Part shown: positions 34,725 to 43,121 of the stretch, in pieces
How the letters are laid out: every line of letters starts with the position of its first letter
How positions within the stretch are numbered: the stretch's first letter is position 1
Assembly: GCA_043821365.1 (NCBI GenBank)
Contig: JBDRCX010000006.1
Coordinates: 224,988-288,987 of the forward strand
Origin: Candidatus Micrarchaeota archaeon
Lineage (GTDB): Archaea > Micrarchaeota > Micrarchaeia > Anstonellales > Bilamarchaeaceae
Direction: 5' to 3'
Length of the DNA: 64,000 bases
Program-made: the position numbers and the translations under genes
The notes under the pieces: model-generated
Databases searched by the model: none
Seen by the model: only the letters and a program-made list of their open reading frames with translations
What the model was told of the DNA's origin: nothing

Positions 34725-35957
34725 TTGGAATTAGAAAAATATATTTCAGATTTGATTGAGAATGCACGTTCTGCAAGCTATGGCATTGCTAATCTATCAT
34801 CAGATGAGAAAAACAAAATTCTATTGATAATGGCAAGCCAGCTTGAAAGGAATTCCTCTGAGATAATCGAGGCTAATTTAGAAGACAGAAGCCACATCTC
34901 AAATTTGACAAAAGCCATTGAGGATCGTTTAATGCTGGATGAAAAACGCATAGGGGAGATGGTGGAAACTATCAATAAAGTAGCATCACTTCCAGATCCA
35001 CTTGAGAAAGAAGAAGACTGGTCTGTTACTCTCGGTCTAAAAATTCGTAAGGTGTCTGTTCCGCTTGGAGTTATTGGAGTTATCTATGAGAACCGTCCAA
35101 ATGTAACTATAGACATCGCATCTCTTTGTATAAAAAGTGGGAATGTATGTATTCTGCGTGGAAGTTCAACTGCATTAAACACTAACAGGGCATTGTTAAA
35201 AGCAATCGAACCTGCCATTCCAGAGTATGCAGTTTCGCTTATTGATAGCGAAGATAGAAAAGCGATTGATATTATGTTAAAAGCAAGAGGAAAACTCGAT
35301 CTGCTTGTTCCAAGAGGAGGCACAGAACTAATTAATTATGTTGCTGAAAATTCCAGAGTACCAGTCATAGAAACAGGCATTGGAAATTGCCATATTTTTG
35401 TTGATGAAACTGCTGATCTTGATATGGCAGAGAAAATCATTATTAATGCAAAATGCCAGAGGCCAAGTGTCTGTAATGCAGCAGAAAAACTTCTTGTGCA
35501 TGAAAAAATAGCAACCAAACTAATACCAAAAATAGTTAAGACACTTAAAGAGAAAAAAGTCGAATTACGTGGTTGTGAAAAAACCACAAAACTAATCCCT
35601 GATCTTGTTTTGGCTACCGAAGAAGATTGGCCAAAAGAATATCTTGATTTGATAATCGCAATAAAGATTGTTGCTAATATAGACGAAGCAATTGCGCATA
35701 TAAACAAATATAATAGCAAGCATACGGATGCAATAATTACAAAAAACAAAATAAATATGGAGAAATTCTCCAGGTTTGTTGATTCTGCAGTTATAATCGT
35801 CAATGCATCAACAAGATTCACCGATGGTGGTGAATTTGGATTCGGTACTGAAGTGGGTATAAGTACACAAAAACTACATGCAAGAGGTCCAATGGGTGCA
35901 AAAGAACTAACTTGTACTAAATATATCGTTGAAGGCAGCGGTCAGATAAGAGGATGA
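34725..35957 (+). CDS. proA: Gamma-glutamyl phosphate reductase
   Basis: GVIGVIYENRPNVT, CNAAEKLLVH (catalytic Cys), HTDAIIT, NASTRFTDGGEFG. The track ORF starts at GTG 34668. The start is uncertain; a TTG at 34725 precedes ELEKYISDLIENAR. Confidence 0.85.
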   Translation: MELEKYISDLIENARSASYGIANLSSDEKNKILLIMASQLERNSSEIIEANLEDRSHISNLTKAIEDRLMLDEKRIGEMVETINKVASLPDPLEKEEDWSVTLGLKIRKVSVPLGVIGVIYENRPNVTIDIASLCIKSGNVCILRGSSTALNTNRALLKAIEPAIPEYAVSLIDSEDRKAIDIMLKARGKLDLLVPRGGTELINYVAENSRVPVIETGIGNCHIFVDETADLDMAEKIIINAKCQRPSVCNAAEKLLVHEKIATKLIPKIVKTLKEKKVELRGCEKTTKLIPDLVLATEEDWPKEYLDLIIAIKIVANIDEAIAHINKYNSKHTDAIITKNKINMEKFSRFVDSAVIIVNASTRFTDGGEFGFGTEVGISTQKLHARGPMGAKELTCTKYIVEGSGQIRG

Positions 35958-35961
35958 CCCT

Positions 35962-36720
35962 ATGAGAATTGCTATTGTGGGTGTTGGAAGGCTCGGTGCA
36001 ATTATTGCAAGAGCACTATCAGAACATCATGAAGTAATTTTAGTTGACCGCCATCCTGAGAAACTCGTTACTCTTGCAACTGATGTTGGTGCAAAAGCAA
36101 CTGATGATATGAATGTTGCTAAATTTGTTGATATTGTTGTTATCTCAGTGAAACCAACTCAGATGGAAGAAGTAATCAAAAAACTTCCAGAAACAAATCT
36201 TCTTGTTTCTTGCGCTGCAGGAATCCCACTTAGGAAACTTGAAAGTTGGGGTGCCAAAAATGTCATTAGAATTATGCCAAACATCTGTGCAGAAGTAGAT
36301 CAAGCAGTTATTGCATATGCTATGCATACTGAAACAGAACGAAAGCAGAAAGTCTTTCTAACTGCTTTTACTGCACTTGGTATGTGCATTAAAGTTGATG
36401 AACATCAACTCGATCCAATTACTGCAGTTTCTGGTTCTGGCCCTGCGTTTGTTGCATACTTTGCACAGGCAATGATTGAAGAAGCAATTCTTCAAGGACT
36501 TTCTGAAGAAGATGCAGAGTTAGTAATTGCCCAAACACTTGTCGGAACTGGTACATTGATGAAAAGTGGTTGGAGTGCACAAAAAATAATCGAAACTGTC
36601 GCAAGTCCAGGTGGAACAACAGAAGAAGGACTAAAAATGCTTGAAGAAAAAGGTACGAGCAAGGCAATTCACAATGCAGTTAAATTTGCAACCGCAAAAG
36701 CAAAAGAACTAGGTAAATAA
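35962..36720 (+). CDS. proC: Pyrroline-5-carboxylate reductase
   Basis: MRIAIVGVGRLG Rossmann start, VISVKP, GSGPAF, SPGGTT. Confidence 0.85.
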   Translation: MRIAIVGVGRLGAIIARALSEHHEVILVDRHPEKLVTLATDVGAKATDDMNVAKFVDIVVISVKPTQMEEVIKKLPETNLLVSCAAGIPLRKLESWGAKNVIRIMPNICAEVDQAVIAYAMHTETERKQKVFLTAFTALGMCIKVDEHQLDPITAVSGSGPAFVAYFAQAMIEEAILQGLSEEDAELVIAQTLVGTGTLMKSGWSAQKIIETVASPGGTTEEGLKMLEEKGTSKAIHNAVKFATAKAKELGK

Positions 36721-36741
36721 AAAGGACCAAGGTCCTTTTTG
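36720..36741. terminator. Bidirectional hairpin terminator between convergent proC and pelota
   Basis: aaaaggacc-aa-ggtccttttt: a 9-bp inverted repeat flanked by A/T runs, so both strands read stem plus T-tract. Confidence 0.6.
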
Positions 36742-36756
36742 AATCCCCTTAATAAT

Positions 36757-37791
36757 TTATTCTGTGATCAGTTTGAACTTCAGTAAAGCAGCAATTTTTC
36801 CCATTCCTTTTAGTTTTACTCCTGCATCTCCTTCAGATGAAAAAACAACTATCTCAGCTTTATTTTTATCTGAAAGATCAACTATTCTTTCAGCTTCTTT
36901 ATCTGTTCGTAAATATTCATCAAGAACAAGCAATTTTTTGATTGCAAATGCTTCCGCAGCTTTTTCTACTTCTTTTATTCCATATGCTGCTCTGCCACTA
37001 TCTTTATGAACTTCAATCATAAGTTCTTCAATTAATTTCATCTCATTTTCAAATCTTTCCTCCCCCATTATTTTTTCAATAACTCCACGATTAAAAAGTT
37101 CATTCACTCCACTTCTTTCTGCATAACTAACACTTTCAAAAATTATTTTTTTCAAAAGTTCTGGTTTTCTTTTTTCAATGAATTTTTTTAAATTTTCTTT
37201 TGTAAAACCCGGACCAGCAACAACAAATTTTTCTGAATGCCTTTCTATCTCAGCCATTATCTTTCCGAAATATTCATTCTGGGTTTTATCGTAGTTTTCG
37301 TCTCGTTTGCTTCCAGAACTATAAAACTCAGCACCATATTCTACTCCAAATGACCGAAGTATAGCATTCAGTGCCTTTTCTTCATCAAGAACAATGATCC
37401 TTATTTTTGGTTTTTTTGATTCTTTTACTGCATCCTGCAGTCTCTTTACTTCGTGGTTTTTCCATTTTTTCGTAACTTTTATGGTGTCTCCCTGACCAAC
37501 GTCTATGGTGTGGTATTTTCCCAGTTGGATATATTCCTCTGGTTCTCCCCAAGTTATGGTCCCGAGGATCCTGAGTCTATTCGATGTTTTAGCGAATTCT
37601 ACTCTTTCAACTTTCAATTTGACTTTTATGTGTTTTTTTTCCTCTTTTGTACCAACCTTATATGTCCTAAGTGAATGGGATTCTACTTCATCATTTGGTG
37701 CAATCACTTTGTCAAGATGCCAAAGATCATCCAAAGTGTCTGCTTGAATCTTCATAGCTCCAAATTTTTTATCAAAATGAACTATTTTCAT
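36757..37791 (-). CDS. pelA: Pelota (archaeal Dom34 homolog, ribosome rescue)
   Basis: MKIVHFDKKFGAMKIQADTLDDLWHLDKVI N-terminus. eRF1-like central and C-terminal domains. 344 aa. Confidence 0.85.
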   Translation of the reverse strand: MKIVHFDKKFGAMKIQADTLDDLWHLDKVIAPNDEVESHSLRTYKVGTKEEKKHIKVKLKVERVEFAKTSNRLRILGTITWGEPEEYIQLGKYHTIDVGQGDTIKVTKKWKNHEVKRLQDAVKESKKPKIRIIVLDEEKALNAILRSFGVEYGAEFYSSGSKRDENYDKTQNEYFGKIMAEIERHSEKFVVAGPGFTKENLKKFIEKRKPELLKKIIFESVSYAERSGVNELFNRGVIEKIMGEERFENEMKLIEELMIEVHKDSGRAAYGIKEVEKAAEAFAIKKLLVLDEYLRTDKEAERIVDLSDKNKAEIVVFSSEGDAGVKLKGMGKIAALLKFKLITE

Positions 37792-38223
37792 TTATTCCAC
37801 CAATTTTTCAACTAACACAACGAATTTATCAGCAAATTCTAGTATCTGGGCCGATCCCTTCTCATCAGCCATATAATCTGTTTCATACTGTAATTCGTGT
37901 CTTGTTTCTCTATAGTGGTCTAACAAATATATAGTGTCTAGAGGTATTATGTTCTTGTACTTTTCCTCAAGATATCTTGTAATGCATGCATGACTTCTTT
38001 CTCTGTAACCATCTCTAAACAATATCGAACGAGAAGCATTAAGAACTACGAGGTAAGCCATTAATACTGCAGAATTAAATCGTTTGTCATTATGGCCTGC
38101 CTTTGCTTCTTCAAGAAATTTTTTTGCTTTTTCAATACTTGCAAGAGCCTGATTTTTTGATGGGTGTGTTTTCCTTATCATTCCCTTCTTAATACATTCT
38201 TCTAAATCAATCAAGCCACTCAC
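37792..38223 (-). CDS. HEPN domain protein (toxin-like partner of MNT)
   Basis: All-helical, 143 aa. LLDHYRETRHELQYE matches the HEPN (PF05168-type) R..R....Y segment. Overlaps the MNT gene by 17 nt. Its TAA abuts the pelota ATG. Confidence 0.65.
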   Translation of the reverse strand: MSGLIDLEECIKKGMIRKTHPSKNQALASIEKAKKFLEEAKAGHNDKRFNSAVLMAYLVVLNASRSILFRDGYRERSHACITRYLEEKYKNIIPLDTIYLLDHYRETRHELQYETDYMADEKGSAQILEFADKFVVLVEKLVE

Positions 38224-38743
38224 CCCCCAAATGATAAGAATTGACTAAGGCAAAATATAATTGTTTATTGTTTTTTTCAAGCTCTCGTAGTTTTTTATCT
38301 GTTATGAACATGAAACTTGGTTCCGTTCCAATCCATCTTCTTATTTTTGCTCTCATTCTTGCGATATGGATTTCATTTGGTTCTGAATTTACCTTTACCC
38401 AAAAATCAACATCACTGTTTTCATTGTTTGTTCCTTTTACCCAACTTCCATATACCCCAATTCCCAAAGCATCCAATCCATGTGTTATCCTATTGATGTA
38501 TGGTAATAACTCTTCTATATTAAGTAAAAATTTCCATGCTCTGGTATATGGGTTATCTCCATCAACTGAATTCCCCCTAACTATCCCACTCTTTTTTAAT
38601 TTTCTAATAAAAATGGAAACAGATGCCACATTTATTTTTAATTTTTTTGCCACTTTCCGTATTATGATTACCTGATTCTCATTTTTGAGTATATATCTGA
38701 GTATTATCTTATTCCTTTTATTCATCGCTTTTAATGTTTGCAT
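38207..38743 (-). CDS. Minimal nucleotidyltransferase (MNT) with N-terminal winged-helix domain (antitoxin-like)
   Basis: GIGVYGSWVKGTNNENSDVDFWV equals the GS...DxD Pol-beta NTase motif. N-terminal wHTH-like IIIRKVAKKLKINVASVSIFIRKLKKSGIV. Confidence 0.7.
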   Translation of the reverse strand: MQTLKAMNKRNKIILRYILKNENQVIIIRKVAKKLKINVASVSIFIRKLKKSGIVRGNSVDGDNPYTRAWKFLLNIEELLPYINRITHGLDALGIGVYGSWVKGTNNENSDVDFWVKVNSEPNEIHIARMRAKIRRWIGTEPSFMFITDKKLRELEKNNKQLYFALVNSYHLGGEWLD

Positions 38744-38747
38744 TATC

Positions 38748-38782
38748 TAAACATATTGTTTAGAATATTTAAACATATTGTT
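38748..38782. promoter_or_regulatory. Two direct copies of taaacatattgtt (each an aaaca-N3-tgtt(t) inverted repeat) flanking a TATA-like box upstream of the MNT-HEPN genes
   Basis: Copies at 38748-38760 and 38770-38782, spaced 22 bp centre to centre. tttaaatatt lies between them. The MNT ATG is at 38743. Confidence 0.6.
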
Positions 38783-38790
38783 CAGGTTTT

Positions 38791-39312
38791 CTAGTTTATA
38801 TTGCCCCATTTTGTTATTATTGTCTCTAAACTTTCATTTATATTAAACATATCTGTTATTATTGTTCCGTTAACCAGGACTTGAGGGACGTACATCTGTG
38901 TCGCGTTCAATCCATATTGGCTTGTGAAATCTTTGTATGCATAACTACCATTTGCTGATGTTATGTCATATCTTAGGAAGACTACACCAGCATATTCTGT
39001 TTCCATTCTATCTATCTCTGGTGCAATTGCCTTACAAGCAGGGCATGTTGGCATGTAAAAATAATATACAATTAATTTGTCATCTTCTGTTGTTATATTT
39101 GTAAAATTAAATTCAGGTATTTCCGGAATTGTATAGTTTGTTAAGACATCATCTGCGTGTCTTTCAAATCCTAGTCCGCTGGTGTTTACGTATTCGGTCT
39201 GTCCTGTCCAGTTTTGTATGATTGCATTGGTTTCGGTATTCCCTATGGTGTTTTGATCGGTACAACCAAGAAAAACCAGACTAATAACTAGCAATAAGAT
39301 TATTTTATTCAT
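38791..39312 (-). CDS. Secreted/lipobox-like thioredoxin-fold protein (CPAC)
   Basis: Start set to ATG 39312 (MNKIILLLVISLVFLGCTDQ). Active-site TCPACKAIAP. cis-Pro region MYVPQVLVNG. Confidence 0.6.
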   Translation of the reverse strand: MNKIILLLVISLVFLGCTDQNTIGNTETNAIIQNWTGQTEYVNTSGLGFERHADDVLTNYTIPEIPEFNFTNITTEDDKLIVYYFYMPTCPACKAIAPEIDRMETEYAGVVFLRYDITSANGSYAYKDFTSQYGLNATQMYVPQVLVNGTIITDMFNINESLETIITKWGNIN

Positions 39313-39407
39313 ATTAAAATAACACAATAAGGGATTATATTGTTTTTCACTTTTTTCGTTGCTTCTGGTGTGTCTCTCTACAGATATTTTTAGATAAAGA
39401 ATATATA

Positions 39408-39420
39408 CTACTAGTAGGTT
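39408..39420. promoter_or_regulatory. ctactagtaggtt motif (10-bp palindrome core) 19 nt upstream of the S-layer-like gene ATG
   Basis: Directly follows TATA-like aatatata. The same 13-mer recurs at 47584-47596. Confidence 0.5.
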
Positions 39421-39436
39421 CTCAGTTGGGGGATGT

Positions 39437-42400
39437 ATGGCACGAACATTGGTTCTATCGATATTATTTATTCTCTTATCTATTTCTTTTGCTTCGTTTT
39501 CTCGTCCTTGGTTAGATGAAAATTGGGTTGATTCCAATCCAAATATATGGACTTATGGGATGGAATACTGGTGGAATCTTCCAGAATTTGACAAAACAAT
39601 AAATTCTATTGATTTTGATCAACTCCCCAACCTACAAAATTATCCAAAAATAAAAAATTATATTGAACAAACTAAAAATTACGGAGAGACAAGCCAGAAA
39701 AACATGAATGATTGTATCTTTGAAGTAATAGTTGCAGTTGGAAGCTTTTCTCCATCAGCAACTTTTTTTTCTGCGTTTGCAAATTCTTCTGATTGCCGTA
39801 CTTACAAAAAAAACTGGGTAAAATCAGTTGATTATGCCCTTCTTGCATTAGAAGAAAGCGATTCAGCAGCCAAGAAGGCCATATCCTCTGCAAGGGCGTC
39901 ATACGAAAATATCAAATTTCTTGGTTTGTGTGATAAAGATTATTCTGATTTTGGAAGTGATAATTGCAATAACATCTCCATCATATTTACAATTATTGAC
40001 AATAATCTTTCTGAGGGGACATATGGTCAGTATCCCATGTTTTTACAATATCATGATCAAGTACAAGAAGAACTACTAGAACCAACTCCAGATCTGTCTC
40101 TTTCCGATTCTATGCTTTATCTAATTTTTGGAGATAATGGTACACTCGATGTTTTTGAGAAACTAAAAAATTCCTCTGATAAACTTACTGCTGATGCAGA
40201 AAAAGAATTTCAATTCAGACTACAGAAGATTTCAATTCAAAAGTCTCAAACAGAACAAAGAATATCCGAACTAAAAAAGGCGGATTTTGGGCTTATAACT
40301 GATGGCGTGAAATCAAGTTCAACTACTTCGGTAGGTTCTATCTCAGAAATATTTTATGGTCTGGAAAAGGAATCTCAAGACCTAGGTCGAATATATTCAG
40401 AAACTATAGTTCAGCATGGTCATTCAACAGAGCAAAGCTATCTTTCAAATTCATTGTCGATGACAACCTCCATATCTACAAAGTATTCAGATCTCTTTTC
40501 TAAGTTAGAATTATTGAAAGATGGTGCAGTGGAGGTGCTTTTACAAAAACAACAAGAAGCAGAGGAAGAAATTTCAAATACTGAAGACTTCTTCATGAAA
40601 ATCGTGCCCAGTCCAGAAGGGTTGCAAATGTTAGAAACAGCAAAGGAAAAACTTGAAACTGGCAAATCTGCATCGACAGCAGGCACCGCATTTGTATTAT
40701 ATTCCAAATCAGCTGCTTTCGCTCGGTCTGCTAGAAATACTGGGAAATTCGAAGATCAAGTGCAAACTAATATTTTGATTACCAAATTGGAACACCTAAT
40801 TCTTATGGCAGAAAAAGATGGGATCAATGTAGTTGATGAAAAAGAATCACTTACCCTATTAAAGTCGTTGGAGTTTCCACAAAAAGATCAGATCTTACTT
40901 GCTTCAATCGATAACATTATCCTGAAAGCAAAGAGTAAATACGAAGCAAATCTGCTTATGATGAGGACAGAGATAAAAGAGAAAATTTCCCTAATTGGTC
41001 CGGTTGTTGGTTTAATTTCTAAAGATATGGAAGATTATGAATTTGGTTTAATCAAAGATGATGAAATTATTTTTCCAGATGCTATTGGTTCATTAAAAAA
41101 ACTTAAATTAAATTATGAGAGTGTAGAGTTGGCTCTTGATGAATATACTAGTGTGCTAGTTTCAAATTCAATGACCACAAAAACATCTCCTATTTTCGGA
41201 CAGGTTTGGTTTGATAAACCAACAGATGTTTTCCTCGATATTGTACTAGTGAATGGGCCGTACTCCGCATCTAATGTCAAGGTGCAAGTAGATATTGGTT
41301 CGAAAATACCTTTTTTCTATTCAGATATTGTAACTGGCAAAGACGAAGTTACGAGTTTGTTTGATACTGGAAACCAATTATTCTTTGTTTTGAAAAATGT
41401 TGAACCATTTGATATCAAAAGAATAACTCTGCAAAAATCATTGATTATATCACATATCCTCTCCAATGAACATACTGCCGAAGGGGTCGGAAATGGTCTT
41501 GTAAGAATTTACGATAAAATAAATTTTGAACTTGATTATCAAGTTTCGAAGATTGAAGTTCCTTATGTTATGGAAAATTGTATGATTGATGACCTACCAA
41601 ATCCCACTTTACTTTCTACGGGAAAACATGAACTTAGGTGTGAGAAAACAATCTATGGGTATGACCAACAAATAACAAACATTAAAACCAGCATGTCTGG
41701 TACAAAAACAAAAATTGAATATGAAATAACTATATCGTCAGATTTTGATCTTTCAACATTACTTGTACAAATTGATAATACTACAGGTTCTCAAATTTCA
41801 TCTTTACAAGCAGTTGTTTCTGGTGCAACCCTCAAAGAGAAAAAAAATTCTGGTTCACAAGTATCTGTTGTTATTTCAGATGTTAAAAAGGACCAGACAA
41901 CAACCATGTACCTTAGTTATCTTGTTGATGATCCAGAAAACTATATCATGGAAAAAATAAACCAGATCCCCAACAATAATCAATCTGAAGTAGAAGACCT
42001 TTTGGAAAGTGCAAAAGAACAATCTGTACTTGGTAATTATGAAAATGCTCTAAAACTTGTTGAGGAAGCAAAAACGACCTCTAATGAATATACAAAACAA
42101 CAAACAAAATTGGAAACAAAATATGGTGATCTTAGCAAAAAAGCAACAAATGAAATAAATCTGATTGAAAAAACACTGCCTGATTTTGATGTTAATACCA
42201 GTGTATACGAAAAACTCAAGACACGAATGTTGGAAATGGAAAAAGTTTTGGAAGATAATTCCACTATGGAGGATAAACTAACATTATTAGAAAGTTTTGA
42301 TTTCAATTGGCTTTCAAAAGAGGTAACTTCTTTCAAGAAAGAAGCTTATAAAGAGTTCAATAACCTCAAAGAACGTTTTTATCGTACTGGCAACTTTTCC

Positions 42401-43114
42401 ACCCCACCAGAATTTCTTGCTCTTGAAAATGCAATCATTCAACTTGAAACAACCGGACAAGTTGAATATCTAAGTGACGTTTCAAATGCTTTAGAAAATG
42501 CGAAGTTTCTGGTTGAGAATGAAGAACTGGCTTACAAAAAGTCTCAGGATTCTATAGTTGATTCTTTCAGTCTTATCAAATCCAACATTCTCCATCTCCT
42601 AGATTCATATAATACTCAAGCATCAGCTGCAAAAGGCACAGAATATAGTAATTTATTTACTGAAAGCGGAACCAAATTGGTAAAACTTTTGGATGATGCA
42701 GAGAAACTCATTGGAAAAGATGTGGGTCAATTCACATTAAAATTAGACGAAATAACTAAATCCGAAGACAAAATGCAGTTTATTTTGGAGTCATTAAAAG
42801 AGGAAACAGAGACTAAGATTCTAACTATAAGCTCATTACTAGCTAGCAGACAATTCGATCAGTCAAAAAAACCGGATTTAGAAACAAAATTCCAATCGAT
42901 GCAAGATCTGGCAAGTAAGGGGGATTACGTAAACGCTCTTCGTGCTGGCAATATCATTTTGGGGGAATTCGAAGTTAAGGATCCAGAACCAAACAATATT
43001 CTTCTATTTAGTGTTACTGCATTAGCAATTCTTAGTGGTGCTGGTTTTTATCTACTAAACCAGAACAAACCCAAGGAGTTGAAGAAACTTCCAACTGCAG
43101 ACGAAGCAATTTAA
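39437..43114 (+). CDS. Large surface protein, S-layer/cell-envelope candidate (signal peptide, coiled-coil-rich, C-terminal TM anchor)
   Basis: 1225 aa. Signal MARTLVLSILFILLSISFASF. C-terminal ILLFSVTALAILSGAGFYLL followed by a basic tail. Many N-x-S/T sequons. Lies next to the glycan cluster. Confidence 0.55.
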   Translation: MARTLVLSILFILLSISFASFSRPWLDENWVDSNPNIWTYGMEYWWNLPEFDKTINSIDFDQLPNLQNYPKIKNYIEQTKNYGETSQKNMNDCIFEVIVAVGSFSPSATFFSAFANSSDCRTYKKNWVKSVDYALLALEESDSAAKKAISSARASYENIKFLGLCDKDYSDFGSDNCNNISIIFTIIDNNLSEGTYGQYPMFLQYHDQVQEELLEPTPDLSLSDSMLYLIFGDNGTLDVFEKLKNSSDKLTADAEKEFQFRLQKISIQKSQTEQRISELKKADFGLITDGVKSSSTTSVGSISEIFYGLEKESQDLGRIYSETIVQHGHSTEQSYLSNSLSMTTSISTKYSDLFSKLELLKDGAVEVLLQKQQEAEEEISNTEDFFMKIVPSPEGLQMLETAKEKLETGKSASTAGTAFVLYSKSAAFARSARNTGKFEDQVQTNILITKLEHLILMAEKDGINVVDEKESLTLLKSLEFPQKDQILLASIDNIILKAKSKYEANLLMMRTEIKEKISLIGPVVGLISKDMEDYEFGLIKDDEIIFPDAIGSLKKLKLNYESVELALDEYTSVLVSNSMTTKTSPIFGQVWFDKPTDVFLDIVLVNGPYSASNVKVQVDIGSKIPFFYSDIVTGKDEVTSLFDTGNQLFFVLKNVEPFDIKRITLQKSLIISHILSNEHTAEGVGNGLVRIYDKINFELDYQVSKIEVPYVMENCMIDDLPNPTLLSTGKHELRCEKTIYGYDQQITNIKTSMSGTKTKIEYEITISSDFDLSTLLVQIDNTTGSQISSLQAVVSGATLKEKKNSGSQVSVVISDVKKDQTTTMYLSYLVDDPENYIMEKINQIPNNNQSEVEDLLESAKEQSVLGNYENALKLVEEAKTTSNEYTKQQTKLETKYGDLSKKATNEINLIEKTLPDFDVNTSVYEKLKTRMLEMEKVLEDNSTMEDKLTLLESFDFNWLSKEVTSFKKEAYKEFNNLKERFYRTGNFSTPPEFLALENAIIQLETTGQVEYLSDVSNALENAKFLVENEELAYKKSQDSIVDSFSLIKSNILHLLDSYNTQASAAKGTEYSNLFTESGTKLVKLLDDAEKLIGKDVGQFTLKLDEITKSEDKMQFILESLKEETETKILTISSLLASRQFDQSKKPDLETKFQSMQDLASKGDYVNALRAGNIILGEFEVKDPEPNNILLFSVTALAILSGAGFYLLNQNKPKELKKLPTADEAI

Positions 43115-43121
43115 ACAGTTA

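Noticed and set aside
35336-35821. 161-aa minus-strand ORF inside proA.
   Set aside because: It is antisense to proA, whose catalytic motifs are intact. Its hydrophobic look is an artefact of the reverse frame.
38241-38675. 144-aa plus-strand ORF antisense to the MNT gene, considered as a possible third TA component.
   Set aside because: It is fully nested antisense to the MNT frame, which carries the GS...DxD motif. The translation is Phe/Ser/Leu-rich with no start context.
39313-39537. 75-codon N-terminal extension of the thioredoxin ORF, overlapping the start of the S-layer-like gene.
   Set aside because: The internal ATG at 39312 gives a proper signal peptide (MNKIILLLVISLVFLGC). The extension would cover the divergent promoter and the palindromic motif.
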